A stretch of DNA of 64,000 nt from Malacoraja senta (taxonomy: Eukaryota), in assembly GCA_038087875.1 (NCBI GenBank), contig CM075988.1:19842001-19906000 (forward strand), written 5' to 3'. The notes under the pieces are model-generated. The model saw only the letters and a program-made list of their open reading frames with translations, did not search any database and was not told the DNA's origin. Shown in pieces: positions 50,151-64,000 of this stretch. The position numbers and the translations under genes were made by a program. Position 1 is the first letter of the stretch, and each line of letters opens with the position of its first letter.

Positions 50151-51734
50151 AAGGAGATATGAGAAATCAATGAGAATTAAGGATTGAGAATCTGAAAGTA
50201 AAAACCATATTTGGAAACAGAAGCTGCCTGGCCCGTTGAGTATTACCTATTACCTCGCTGCTTTTATGGGATTTCTAGTTCTATGTGCATATTCAGACAT
50301 TTGAAGTGTATCATTAAAGAAGAATTTGGCCTGACCTCAACCTTTGAATGCAGAACGCAGCTATTCTGCGTTTGGGTCAATTATTATTTGCTCTGGGTGT
50401 CGAGATGAGATTTTGACTGACCTTTGGATTGACTCCATCATATTTCTCACAAAAGTCATAACGGATTTATAATACAAAAATAGTTTGATAGTTGATCAAA
50501 AGTCAACTTCATGTTTCTATAATGAGAAAGACAGATATTTGCAGGTGATTTACTTATTTAAATTAGATCTAATTACAATAGATATGATCATCTGGGTGTG
50601 AAAGTTGTCTTTTATTATACACAGGATTGCACAGGCAAAGTGAGGATGATATGGGCCTATAGTATTGAATCAGCCATCTAGCCCATTGAGCCCCGGCCGA
50701 CATTCATGCTCCACTGTTGCTTTTTCTCCATTATAATAGAGCTGCTGCCACACAGTGCCAGAAATCCTGACCTCAGCTACTATCTGTGTGGAGTTTGCAT
50801 GTTCACTCTGTGACCACATGGGTTTCCTCTGGGTGCTCCGGTTTCTTTCCACATCCTAAAGACGTGCAGGTTTGTAGGTTAATTGGCCTCTGTAAATCGT
50901 CCCTTATGTGGAGGGAGTGGATGAGAAAGCGGGATTACATGGAACTGGTGTGAACTGGTGATCGATGGTCGGCTTGGACTCGGTGGGCTGAAGGGCCGGT
51001 TTCCATGCTCTATCTTTCAATCAGTCAGTATCAGGGTAACCCTCTATTCCCTACTCCATCATCCGTTTATTCTGCCTTCCCTTAAGTACGTCTGTGCTCT
51101 TCCTACGACCACTCAGGTGAAACCTCACCAGGAAAATAACATTAAGTTATTCTGGACATGTGTGTGTCTGTTTAATCCTACAGATTTTGGCTTTCAAGTT
51201 CCTACACAAGAATGATTCCATCAACAAAAATGAATACTGCTTGGCTTGATGGGTACTACAGCTGTGTGTGCTTTACTTTCGAGGAGATTCACTGGTGTCT
51301 ACTGTGCAAGAAGGAGGCTGTTAATATTGCTGTAAGTTTTGAGTCCAGCTGCCCTGATTATTTTGCATATCTTCATGTGATGTGGGGGATTGTTGGCAAG
51401 GTCGGCCTGTAATAATTAACTCTAATTATCGTTGACGAGCTGGTGCTCATGACTGAGTGCTCTGGAGGCCATGTTAAAGGGCAGGTAAAAGCCTTAGCGA
51501 TTGTGGGTCAAATTTACGCCAGACCAGTGCAGCGAGTTCAAATGTCCTTCCCCAAAGGGCATTAATGTACCAGATGGACCTTTCACTATACCCCAGAAGT
51601 TTCATGAGCAGCATAAACTTAATTATTTTTTTTAATTCTAATTGAAATTAAATTTTCCAGATGTCGTGATAGGATTTGAACTTTTATTTTTACAGAACAT
51701 TACTCCAGGCTTCTAGAATACGAATCAAGCATCT

Positions 51735-52270
51735 TAATCAGCTCTGCATTCAACACTATAATTCCAACCAAACACTTCTCCAGATTTCTGGACCTAAGAC
51801 TCAGCAACCTCCTCTGCAGCTGGATCCTTGAATTCCTCACCCATGCACCACAATCTGTAAGGATAGGTAACAAAACATTCTCTGCGATAACTCTGAGCAC
51901 TTGTGCCCTGCAAGACTGGGTTCTCAGCTCCTGACTGTACTTGCTGTACACTCAGGACAGCTGGCCAAAATTCTGCGTTAACTCCATTCATAGGTTTATG
52001 GATGACACCATTATAGTAGGCTGGATCTCGAACATTTACTAGACAGAGTACAGGAAGGAGATAGAGAATATAGTAACATGGTGTCAAGACAATAACTACT
52101 CTCTCAACGTCTGCAAAAAAGCTGACCATCGACTTCAAAAAGCAATGTGGAGTACATGCTCCAGACTGTATCAACCATGCTGAAGTGGAGATGACTGAGA
52201 CTTCATTCCCGCTCCAGTCACTGCCACCCCGGCCAAGAAAGTACACCAATGGCTCTACTTGTCCAGAAGA
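51735..52270 (+). mobile_element. Degraded Rex1/Babar RT
   Basis: FNTIIP, LCSWILEFLT, tttatggatgacacc (FxDDT), gagtacaggaaggagatagag. Confidence 0.8.
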
Positions 52271-52414
52271 CTGTTTATTGCTCCATAGTAAAGCCCATGA
52301 TTTGCTATTTATCTGTTCCCTCAAGAAATTCCTATTGGTGCAATCACTTTACCAGGAACAAATGTATATTAGATAAATGGAAATAAAAGTAAATCTGCAG
52401 CTTCTGGAAATCTT

Positions 52415-53010
52415 ACCCATATCCCTCCAAACCTCTCCTGTCCATGTACCTGCCTAAGTGTCTTTTACATGTTGTCATTCTATCCGCCTCCACACTTCCT
52501 CTGGCAGCTCATTCTATACCCACCATCCTCTGAGTGAAGAAGTTGCCACTCAAATCCCTTTCATATCTTTCCCCTTATCACTTTAAACCTATGGCCTCTG
52601 GTATATGCCCCACAATGGGGGAAACCCTGATATTCACCTTCTTAATGCCCCTCATAATTTTATAAATATCAATAATGTCACCCCTCAGTTTCATAGTCTC
52701 CAGAGAAAAGAATTCCTAGTCTACCCAGCAACTTCCTACAACTGAAATCTTCCAGACCCAGTAACATCCTCATAAATCTCGTCTATACTATTTCCTGACA
52801 TCCCTTCCTATACCAGGGTGACCAGGAATGTTCACAGCTCTCCTTACCAACGTCTTGTACAGCTGTAACATGGCGTCCCAACTCCTGCACTCAATACACT
52901 AATGAAGGCAATCTTGCTGAATGCCTTCTTCACCACCTTACCAACTGTGTCTCTATTTTCATGGAACAATGTACCTGCGCGCCAAGGTTTCTCTGTTGTG
53001 CAGCACTCCC
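52415..53010 (-). mobile_element. Degraded CR1 3' part
   Basis: ORF 52844-53029 VVKKAFSKIAFI; CR1 3' end text. Confidence 0.8.
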
Positions 53011-56000
53011 CAGTGAGAAAGGGCTTCATAGCAATAGTATTAAAATGTTAGTATATCCACCAAACAAATTTAATTTATATGCCAATCTCTTAAATTCCTT
53101 TGAGACCATCCCAAAGCATTTTATAGCTTATAATCACTAAGTAAATGAAAATGAAAGTGTAATCACTGCTATAATGGAGTGAACACAGCAGCTAGCTTGT
53201 GCCACAGCTACTATTTAAAGAAAAGCATGGTAATTCCTCCCACTGTTCAGGGAAATGTTGGCCAACCAATAATATTGCTAAAAACAGACTATCTGGTCAT
53301 TACCCTGCTTTTGCTTGGAATGTAGTGCACATATTAGGTACTGTATTCTTCATACAAGTTAACAGCTGCAGTTCAATCGCACTGTATTGGGGTAAAACAA
53401 TTGAGACACGGGGGAATGTACAAATACAAGTTGCTATTAACTTCACATCTTTAATTATTCCAAGTCATTAAAAGTGGAAATAAACAAAACCTAGGATTAT
53501 GTTTCAAATAGCACTGAATGAAAACAAATTGCAAAGCGTTGGCACCATAATTATTTATGCACTTCACAATAATCTATTTTTACATTTAAAAGTACGATAA
53601 TAGATGGCTATTACACTGTATTATTAGGACTGCTGCATTTCATGTGGGAGTAGATTATATGAATGTATGGAGTTAAAATTGGTTCTAATGCAAATATATA
53701 ACATCCAACAGGATCAGTTATTGTGATTTGTTTAAACATTTATTACTTATATCTAATTTGGAAATGTTATTTACATAATGGAATGGAAGTAGTCCATTAA
53801 ATAGTGGAGACAAAATCTTGAAGAAGTACTATCTTTTAGATAGGTGCATGTATATGCTGGGAATGGAGGGATATAGATCACATGCAGGTACAGTAGATTA
53901 GTTTAACTTGGTTTCATGTCCAGTTTGTGGGCCATGGGGCCTTTTCCTGTACTGCACTGTTCCATGTTCTATGTTAACTACAAATGCACATGTTTTTTTT
54001 CATGAATTGGACAAATGCAACGATTTCCTCCTGTATCTTGTCAAATATTACATTTCATTTCCAATATACTTATTTTCTTTTTGCACTTTGTGGAGTTTTG
54101 ACTAATTGTTTAGACAGGGTTTTTTCCTTCCTCTGGCTACACACTCACAATGTGTAAAAATAATGCACCATTGTTGTTGATTATCCATTGCAAGCTGAAA
54201 CATGGCTCAAGGGATATTTCCATCAGTAGTTCCCCCACAATATCCTGGTTAACAGATACATGCATCTGCGTCTTGTACTATTCAATAATAAACTCTTCCC
54301 TTGTTAACCAGCCCAGAGTGCAACAATTCCTTCATAATTCAATTCAATTCAATTGCCCTTTATTGTCATTCAAACATGCAAGTTTTGAACGAAATTTCGT
54401 TCCTGCAGTCATAGCAGCAAAAAAAAAGACCAAAACACACAATTAACACAATTCCACATAAACATCCATTCATATTTCTTAACATCATTCTTTACAAGAA
54501 CAAACATTGGTAACCTGATCTTAAATATTTCACAGCTCTTTAAAGTACAATATCAGTTACAATTTCCACAGTTGATCTACACTTTTATCCAATACCTGAG
54601 ATTAACCGTCAATTAGGTAGTGAAAGCTAAGGGCATCAACTCAGTGTGCATTGCCATTTCCTCTGCAATAGGTCAGCATGGGCAAGTTGGGCTGAAGGGC
54701 CGGTTTCCATGCTGTATGATTCTATGACTATTAATTCTAATGACTGTTTGTTTATCCATACTGTATTTCAGTTTGTGGACGGTTGGCATTTATTGCCCAT
54801 CCTTAAGTGACTTTGATAAGGAGGCCTTCTTAAACCAATGCCGTCTTTCTTACCAGTGTCCTTATTCTTTTAATGCAATTCAGTTACAATACTACAATAC
54901 TACTGAATAGCTTTCAGAGCCATTTCTGGAGACTATCATAAAAGCGTCAAGAATCAAGGAAGTTTAATGTACTGGAAATGGGACAATATAATTCTTACTG
55001 GCTGCAGATTAATAGGCCCATTAACACAATAACACACAAATAAATATACAACCATAAAAAACACAATAAATTAAAAGGAGGAATACTCAGTAACCAGACC
55101 ATAATCGTGCAAAACCGAAATCTTCAGTGCAATCAAAACACAGTCCATATAAGATCATAATTGCTGAGATAGGGTTGAAGTTAGTGTTGTGCAGCCTGAT
55201 GGTTACCAGGTAGAAGATGGTTCTTGAACCAGGAGGCCACGTTTCTCAGGCTCCTGACAGCAATGCAAATAGACAACCAAGATGTTTCTATTTGCTAATG
55301 AATGCTCAGAATTTCATCTCATTCCTTTCATGTTTCCAATGCCCTGTCCTTTTAAAAAAAACATAAGATTGTTGAAATTCTGATCTCCTTTATCCTATGG
55401 AAGTCTAAATCAATGTAAGTCATCAATAAGTGACTGGGGGTTTGCGTGGGGGGGGGGGGGGTTCTGAGAATTTATTTCCCCTCATGGGAATATAATGACC
55501 TAGGTGAGGGGGGAGGGGCATTGATTCCAGGCAAGGAGTTGTCCTTTTAAAAAGGCAATGAAGAAATTTGAGATTTTTTCATTATTTTCTACCCTGGAGA
55601 CTGAATCATTGAAATAATGCAAGGCTGAGCTATTTGAGGGAGAAGGGATCAAAGGTTATGGGGAACAGGCGAACGGAGAACGGAATTGGTGACAACATCG
55701 GATCAGCCCTGATCTTATTGAATGATGGGGCAAGCTTCGACACCATGCGGTCTATCCTGGTCTTATTTCTTATGGTAATTCCTGAAGGGATTCCTCCTTG
55801 GTTTAGTTTGTAGATCCTTCAATGTAGGATTTGGTTCATGTGTCAGAATCCCACATGACCCCCAGGCAAAAGAAATGTAAAAAAAAAAAAAAAAAAGTGC
55901 TGGAGTAACTCAGCAGGGCAGGCGTTATTGCCTGGAGACGTTTCGGGTCGGGACATTTATTCTGAAGAAAGGACCCGACATGAAACTTCACCTAACTATG

Positions 56001-57684
56001 TTCTCCTGCCTAACATGCTCAGTTACTCCAGCACTGTCTTGTTTTTATGTAAACCAGCAACTGCAGTTCCTTGTTTTTACCAAAATAAATATATCAATTA
56101 TATATTTATAGATTAAAGCAAAAATCACTGGCTTTTGATCTGCGGATATTTAGGATGAATGTAAAGTAGCTGCCATCCATTTAGTTTATTGTAATTTAAT
56201 TATAAATCACACTCAGAGCGCAGTATTGAGATCCCAGTATAGGTTTAACACAGATGTTTGCGCTTTGTGAATTGCTGTGAAGTGTCTTCTGCTAAATAGG
56301 TTACTGACTTGCAGTAAATGAGTATATTTGATTCCACAGGCTCTCTGGGACTCTGAGAAAATGAATGACTTAGATAAGTAGGATTTCCTAATTGTAGTGA
56401 AATGGAAACCTTAGTTGTATAAACTCTCTAGTCCTAAAGGACCTCATTACTTTATATCTATAGGCCACATGCAGAAGTGGAAATACTGCTCCCTTGGGTT
56501 GAAAATCAGAAAACGGAGGAAGTTCAGCATGTCTCCAATGTCTCTTACCAATGTCTAACATGCACCATAGAAAGCATCCTGTTGGAATGCATCATAGCTT
56601 GGTTTGACAACTGCTCTGTCCAAAACCACACAGTAAATTGTGGACATAGCCCAGTCCATCACACAGTCCAGACTCCCACCTCCCCCCTGCCCCCACTGAC
56701 TCCTTCTACACTCTGCGCTGCCTCAGGAAAGCAGCCAACAAATTGATTGATTGAAAGATACATCATGGAAACAGGCCCGAGGCCCAACAAGTCCACGCCG
56801 AGCATCAACCACTCGTTCACACTAGTTCTATGTTAGACCACTTTCGCACCCAGTTCCTACACACTCTGAGCCATTTTACTCAAGTCCAATTAACCTATAA
56901 ACGAGGAAACTGGAGCACCCGGAGGAAACCCACGTGGTCACAGGGAGAACATGCAAACTCCACACAGACAGCACCTGAGGTCAGGATCCTCTACTGAAGG
57001 ACCCTTTTCACCCCAATCATTTGCTTTACTCCATTATCCCATCGGATAACATGTAACCACCAGATTACTGTACAGTCCTCTCATAAGCTAAAGCTAGTAT
57101 CATGATCTTCCGAACTACCTCACTGCAGCCCTTGCACTATTTTTTTTCATCTGCACTTTCTTTGTAACTGTAACATTATAATGTTGTAATTATATCCTAC
57201 AATCTGGTATTGTTCTCCTTGCACTACCTGTTTTACTTGTATATGGCTCGATTATACTCACGTATTGTATGATTTGACTGGATACAAAGGCTTTTCACTG
57301 TATTGTGGTACATGTGAAATAATAAAGCAATACCAATACAAATGCTACCTAAGCTGCCACGGTAACAGTGTCAGTGAGCTTCACTGTGGTACTGCAGCAG
57401 CTGACAGTACAATGAATGATCTCCCCATTCTGTGAGAAACCTTGTCGCGAGGCAGTCATGGACATGATCTCCAGCTTTGTTCACTGGTTTGCTGATTGCC
57501 TGCTCAGTGTACTCGACATTTCTGTGGACATAGCTGTGGACCCATAGGCTCTTCTGGGAGCTGACAACCATGGGCATCAGACCCCCTGTCCCACCACCTG
57601 GATGCAGGGAACTCACCAGCTGAGGACTCTTCCTCTCGGGGTCAGACCAAGTGACGTTACATTTCTCTGACTGGCAAAGAGTTC

Positions 57685-58766
57685 TTTACTGTCACTCAAG
57701 GCGTTCCCCAAGGCTCCGTTCTTGGTCCCCTCCTCTTCATCATCTACATCCTCCCCCTTGGTCATATACTCCGTCACTTCAACCTGGACTTCCACTGCTA
57801 TGCTGATGACACCCAGATCTATCTCAGCACCAAGTCCCCCCACCACCCCCCTCTCTCCCATATCAACTCCTGCCTATCAGCCATCAAATCTTGGATGCAA
57901 CTCAACTTCCTTAAATTAAACAGTAGCAAAACAGAATTTCTCCTCATTGGCTCCAAATCAACACTCACTAAAATTAACAACCCCACTCTCACTATCGACG
58001 GCACCACTGTCTCCCCATCTCCTCAGGCACGCAACCTTGGCGTGATCCTTGACTCAACCCTCTCCCTTGAGCCTCACATCCCCCATGTTGTCAAAACATC
58101 ATTTTTTCACCTCCGCAACATTGCAAAAATCAGATCGTATCTCACACCCCCCGCTGCTGAAAGACGCATCCATGCCTTCATCTCCTCCCGACTGGACTAC
58201 TGTAACTCTCTTCTTTTCGGAATCAATTCCAGCAGCATCAAACGACTCCAACTGGTCCAAAATGCAGCCGCTCGACTCATTACCCACACCAAATCCTGGC
58301 ACCACATCACCCCAGTTCTCAAAGAACTTCACTGGCTTCCCATTTCCCACCGGATCACCTACAAAATCCTGGTCCTCACCTACAAAGCCCTCAACAACCT
58401 GGCCCCCCCTTATCTCATTGACCTCCTCTCCCCCTACCAACCCTCACGGTCCCTCAGATCCACATCAGCTGGTCTCCTCTCCACTCCGAAATCCTCTGCA
58501 CTTTTGGAGGCAGAGCCTTCTCCAGGGCAGCTCCCAGGCTCTGGAATTCCCTCCCACAACCGGTCCGAAATTCTGAGACCCTCACCATCTTCCAGTCCTG
58601 CGTCAAGACCCATCTCTTCACCTCTGCATACCCTTAGTCCCATGTTCCCCTCCCCTCTGTCTTACTGCTCTATTTTGTTTTGTTTATTCCTGACTCTCAA
58701 TTGTAAAGCGACTTTGAGTCCTGAAAAGCGCTATGTAAATAAAATCTATTATTATTATTATTATTA
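57685..58766 (+). mobile_element. Young 5'-truncated L2 LINE
   Basis: [16 protein letters not shown]...[10 protein letters not shown]...[17 protein letters not shown]...[10 protein letters not shown]...LHWLPI; 3' end tgtaaagcgactttgagtcctgaaaagcgctatgtaaataaa plus (TAT)n. Confidence 0.95.
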
Positions 58767-60046
58767 CATGAAACAGAAAGAGATGAAGGTCTCATCTTTG
58801 GTGCTGAGGGAGAGCAGAAACAGAAGTGGGCGAGGCGTGCAACTGCAAATCCGCATGCAGAGTGTGTTGGTGAGAGAAATCAAAGAAAAGGAAGTGTGGG
58901 GACACATAGTAGAAAATCTCCTCTGGCAACACCAGTGTTCAATCTACAGTGCTCCTATCAGTAGATTGTCATCTGTGTGATGGAAGACATGTAAATAGGC
59001 ACAGTCTCCAATGCTGGAGCCCTGAGGTCTGGAGTTATAGGCAACATTCCTCTGTATATAATGTGTTCCGTCAGATGTTTGAAAAATTAGCTTATTCTAG
59101 TCAGTTAATTGATATGCAGTGAGTCAGTGTGCAGTGCAGGGATGTGATATCTGTATTAACATTAAGCCATAACAAAATATTTATTAATACAATGAAGGTA
59201 AGAGTCAAGAACATTTGCAGAACAGCACTGTACAGCACAGGAACTGGCCCTTTGGTCATAATGTCCTGGCTGAACAAGATGGCCAAGTTACAGCTATCTC
59301 CGCAGCCTGCACATGATCCACAGCCCTCCATTTCCTCTGTATCCATGTGCTATCTAAAAGCCTCTTAAATGCCACTATCGTATTGGCATCCACACCACCC
59401 CTGGCAGCACATTCCAGGCAACCAGAACTGCACATCAGTCGATGGGAAGAAGACCAATGTAAGGTGTGAGAGACACAGTATTAACCCATCCTGGTTGAAT
59501 TTATCTCCAATTGCAGCAAAGGTCAGTTCAGATAGCCTCTTGGCTTTGACCTTTCTCCACAATCTTTTTACATTATAATCTAAGAGGAAAAGTCTACAGA
59601 TACTGGAATTCTGAAGTATAAAGGAATAATGCTGCAATTGCCCAGATAAGATACAGAGGATAGGACTGGTGAAAGTATCTAATTCACTTAAGAGTCCTAG
59701 AGTCAAACAGCATGGAAATAGGTACTTTGGTCCAACTCGATCTTGCTGATCATTTGCGAGTCTCATTTGCCCATATCTTCCCTTATCCCTCCAAAACTCT
59801 CCTATCCTTGTTCCTGTCCGTGTCTTTTAAATGTTGTCATCGTACCTGCCTCAACTACTGAAAAAGTGGCCCCTCAGGTTCCTTTTAAATCTCAAAATTT
59901 CCCCCTCTCATGTTAAACCTATGCCCTCTAATTCTTGATTCCCCTACCCTGAGAAGACCACCTATTCATACAAATGTTTTACTGGATAGAGCACGTGCAT
60001 CTAAAACATCTGGATGAATAAATGGCAAAAAAACAAAATAACTCAC

Positions 60047-60080
60047 CTGGCTGTGAGGTGGGCAGAAGGGGAATCATTTC
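60047..60080 (-). other. Candidate 34-nt internal exon of an unidentified gene
   Basis: gatttgtag|GAAATGATTCCCCTTCTGCCCACCTCACAGCCAG|gtgagt in non-repeat sequence; strong donor, modest acceptor. Confidence 0.35.
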
Positions 60081-60914
60081 CTACAAATCCCACACAGTAA
60101 ATTATTCCCCAGTGAATGGCTTTGGACTAAACCAAGGCTTTGTTACAATCTACTGCTTGTCATGTCCTGAGTGAATTTCATTAAGTTAAGCAAGAGTGAG
60201 GCTCTGTGGTTATTCACTGCATTCTCATCCAATGACAATTTTTAACCCAGAGTCACACAGGATTGCAGCTTAATCCAGTTATTCAGACAGTCGAGACACA
60301 TAATTTAAATGGAATGGTGCACTCGCAGTCCTTTACAAATAATCTGCCGTCTTTTAAAGCGTCTCCAGAGTGCTACTGAAATCACTACTCTTTGAGATTG
60401 CATTTGTTATTTTTATATGGGAAGTGATGTGGGCCCAAGACAAAGAATATCTCTGTTCCTGGTGTAGAGGAGATATATTTGTTGTTTCAGTCCAGTGAAG
60501 CACATGAGTGCTTATGAAGGGAAAGGATTACCATGTCGAAGGACACTTTCTTTATTCATTTGCTACATCTGTGACAAACCTGGAAAACCTGCAAGTGAGC
60601 TGCAATATTCTTCATTCATTGGGAGGAGATAGGTGAAGAGGATGTCTGGACCTTCATCTCCACTAACTATGGGTTATTTATGATGTGGCGCTCCACCAGA
60701 CATTCTTTAGGCATTCTGCTCTCCTTCAAAGACAATGCATCAGTTTTCTACACAGCCTGGTTTAGAGAAACATTGCAGAACTCGAGTACAGATGGGACTG
60801 AAGATATATGCATTTGGTTCTCCCAAAGACGGCATGCTTCAGTTCTATGTGAGAGAATCACAAAATATTGGCAACACACTGCAATATGCACAGAGAAGCA
60901 GAGTTAACATTCCA

Positions 60915-61405
60915 AGTCATAGAGTCATATAGCACAGAAACAGGCTCTTCAGCCCAACTCATTCGTGCCGACCAAGATGCCCCATCTAAGATAGTCCCAT
61001 TTGACCGGATGTGGCCCATATCCCACTAAATCTTTCCTATCCACCTAATCAAATGTCTTTTAAATGTTAATGTTATTGTACCTGCCTCAACTTCTTCCAT
61101 TGGCAGCGCATTCCATATTCCCACCACCCTCTGGGTGAAAAACTTGCCCCTTGGGTTCCTATTAAAATGTTTCCCCCTTACCCATGTCCTCTGGTTCTTG
61201 ATTCCTTTACTCGGGGAAGAAAAACTGTGCATTCACCCCTCAAGAATGTAATACCTCTACAAGATCATCCCTCAGCCTCCTATGCTTCAAGGGACTAAGT
61301 CCTAGCCTGTCCAACCTGTCCCAATAACTCAGGCCCTCGAGTCCTGGGAACATCTTTGTAAATCTCCCTGCACTCTTTCCAGCTTAATGGCATCTTTCCT
61401 ATAGC
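60915..61405 (-). mobile_element. CR1 3' fragment
   Basis: ORF 61026-61232 FFTQRVVGIWNALPMEEVEAGTI. Confidence 0.85.
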
Positions 61406-61465
61406 AATGTCCATGAAAGTCAGTGAAACGTCTGATGAAAGATCAGCAACCAGAAATGTTAATTG

Positions 61466-61466
<1 letters not shown>

Positions 61467-61530
<64 letters not shown>
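61467..61530 (+). repeat. (CT)n microsatellite
   Basis: Uninterrupted CT run of about 64 bp. Confidence 0.98.
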
Positions 61531-61533
<3 letters not shown>

Positions 61534-62692
61534 TGCACTTGGTGTTGCAGCTGGCAGTTGGTAGCTGACACACATCTACAGGAGAACCATGGCGTGATTG
61601 CTCAGAGGCTATGCCGTCTACATCACAGAATTCCTACAGAAGATGAAGAATCGTCTTTTGGGATTGTAAAATATTTATTATGCTCTCTTTTGATCTTGCT
61701 AATTATTTCTTGTTGCTGTAGAATGCAGCATAAACAGCTATTTAGAGTGCCTGATGTTGTTTGAAAAGCAGAGTGTGGCAGAAATGAATCAATGAAATTG
61801 ATATTAACCATGTGGTAACAATGAAATTAATAGAGGATTAATAATTAATTCAGTTTCCACTTATAAAAAGGTGCTTGGGCAGTGAAAGCACCTTGGAAAA
61901 GGTGTGTTTTCAATTTAGGCACACAGGGGTGCAGCTGGTAGTGCTGCTGCCGCACAGCGCCAGAGAACTGGGTTCGATCCTGACATAGGGGGATGTCTAT
62001 GTGCAGTTTGCATGTTCTCCTTGTGACTGCTTTGGTTTCCTCCTGTATCCTCCCACTTCCCAAAGACATGCAGGTTTGTAGGATAATTGGCCTCTGTAAA
62101 CAAAATTGCCCCTAGTGTGTGTAAGAACATGGGATAGTATAGAATTAGTGTGAACTGGTAATCGATGGTCAGCATGGATGCGGTGGACAAGGTGTTATTT
62201 CCATGCTGGATCTCTAAAGTAAGCTAAACTATTTCAGGACCAATCTAATGGCAAAAAGTACCTCAGAAACTACACACATTTTTACCAAAAACATCACAAA
62301 ACATATATATGTACCACCAACAGCTTTCAATGCTTCTCCAGATCCCATAAAAGTAATCCAGGCTACTATTGCTCGAACACCCCAACTCTTTCCAGTTGCA
62401 ACACCCTCTCCACTGCCACAACCTTCTCTCAGGTCTTCCCTTGCTTTCAGCCAGCTTGTCTTCGGGATCCCCTTTATCAGTCAAATCTCAATCCAACAAG
62501 CTGCTCTGGTTCATCTAGGTAACTCCAGCTGGTTCCCTGTGGCTTTGGCCATTCCACATTCAATTGGTCACCCCCTCCCCTCCCCCCCCACATAACTTAA
62601 AATCAATAATGGAGTCTGAACATTGTTCTCCAAAGTATACAGAAAGACACAGCTCTGGACAGATGAGGTCCGCCTCGCTCAACGTACAACAA

Positions 62693-63020
62693 GGGCGGCA
62701 CAGTGGCACAGCGGTAGAGTTGCTGCCTTATAGCGCTTGCAGCACCAGAGACCCGGGTTCGATCCCGACTACGGGTGCTGTGTGTACGGAGTTTGTACGT
62801 TCTCCCCGTGACCTGCGTGGGTTTTCTCCAAGATCTTCGGTTTCCTCCCACACTCCAAAGACGTACAGGTTTGCAGGTTAATTGGTTTGGTATGTGTAAA
62901 AATCGTCCATAATGTGTGTGTAGGATAGTGTTAATGTGCGGGGATCGCTGGTCGGTGCAGACTCGGTGGGCCGAAGGGCCTGTTTCCACGCTGTATCTCT
63001 AAAAACTAAAAAAAGACTAA
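62693..63020 (+). mobile_element. Well-preserved V-SINE (HE1-like)
   Basis: gggcggcacagtggcacagcggtag (A box), GGTTCGATCCC (B box), V domain, CR1-type tail gggccgaagggcctgtttccacgctgtatctctaaa. Confidence 0.92.
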
Positions 63021-63330
63021 ACCAACAAAACCATGTGAACAAAGCCCTCACTGTAATAGAATAAAGGATGCATCACGCTCTTTTGAATGCAATATTAAAC
63101 TAAGCCCATCACAGAATGGAGACACGTGACTGCAGATGCTGGGATTTTGAGCAAAACCGTTTTGGAGGAACTCAGTATGTCAGACAGCATCTATTTTCCC
63201 CCCCTATTGCATCAGTCCTGTCCATTCCCTCACAGAACCTGCCTGACCAGCTGACTTCCTCCAGCACTTTGATTTTTTGCCTGCCACAGAATACAAGATT
63301 GAGAGACATTATATAAAGTATGAGCTAGGC

Positions 63331-63499
63331 CAAGGGTTCCCAACCAGGGGGTAAATTTGTTGAATCTGGATTTGTACATATTTTTTCTCATTGACTGACT
63401 GTGTTCATCATTCATCATTAGTTGTTCATAAATAAGTGAAATAATATTGTCATGCGCTATTAAAGTTGCCAGGGGATGGAAAAAGGTTGGGAACCCCTG
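63331..63499. mobile_element. hAT-type MITE
   Basis: TIRs CAAGGGTTCCCAACC / GGTTGGGAACCCCTG; 8-bp TSD AGCTAGGC / AGCTAGGG. Confidence 0.9.
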
Positions 63500-64000
63500 A
63501 GCTAGGGTGTTCGTGTTGTTCTCATGGAATTCCTGGCTAATATTTGAAAATAAATGACTAAACCATCTTATCTGGCCATTGTCACAATAGCGTTCATGGG
63601 ATCTATTTGTGTACAAATTGCATCCTATAGGGAGAAACATGCCTTGAAGGTTCATGAGTAAGTGAGGAGGCCAGAAAATTGGGAAACAAAATGGAGGGAA
63701 AACCCAAGCAATCAAAATGTCATGTGTGAGGCAATTAAAGTCAATAGGCCAAGACCTTGGCTCTTAAAAGGTTTGTCCGCTGATTAAAGAGATTTTAACT
63801 GCTCATGGTTTAGGAATGGTGCAAAGAATCCCAAAAGTGATTTTAATCCTTGCATACTCTAATCTCACAGAGGATGCTTTAAAATTGAGCATAGGGAGTG
63901 GCTTGAGATACAGAGAGGGAGGAGGCAGAGGAAGTAGAGAACAAGAACAAGGACATTGAGTAAAATACAAAATGTTGGAAAAAATCAGCAGGTCAGGCAG

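Noticed and set aside
57895..58980. 361-aa ORF as a host gene
   Set aside because: L2 ORF2 C-terminus that shifts frame and reads through the (TAT)n tail into flank.
61295..61764. ORFs with ER or LS repeats
   Set aside because: Translation of the (CT)n microsatellite.
62693..62770. tRNA gene
   Set aside because: A and B boxes belong to a V-SINE head; followed by V domain and LINE-type tail, no full cloverleaf seen.

Overview
Eukaryotic, AT-rich, CpG-depleted, repeat-dense non-coding DNA. The repeat mix (CR1 LINEs with an (AAACATAG)n/(TTTCTATG)n tail, tRNA-derived V-SINEs with CR1-type tails, Deu-domain SINEs, Rex1/Babar, L2, Penelope-like ends) points to a cartilaginous fish, probably a skate or ray (inference). 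No intact host CDS was found; nearly all ORF-track entries are TE fragments or chance ORFs. Main structure: (1) a 1.9-kb TIR element (3192-5100) with no transposase but a decayed, apparently spliced ~115-aa gene for a basic, Tudor/Spin-Ssty-like protein; (2) many Penelope-like terminal repeats carrying a minimal hammerhead-ribozyme motif, often paired as fold-back units; (3) a triple nest at 43-48 kb: Rex1 interrupted by a non-autonomous Helitron, itself interrupted by a young CR1 with near-complete ORF2; (4) a very old Gypsy-like pol spread over 22.9-28 kb; (5) a local inverted duplication at 30.1-31.2 kb; (6) a young L2 at 57.7-58.8 kb; (7) a possible 34-nt exon (60047-60080, minus) and an AG|GT site (41741, minus) that may belong to a long-intron host gene. 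Family calls rest on remembered motifs, not searches; boundaries of degraded repeats are approximate.
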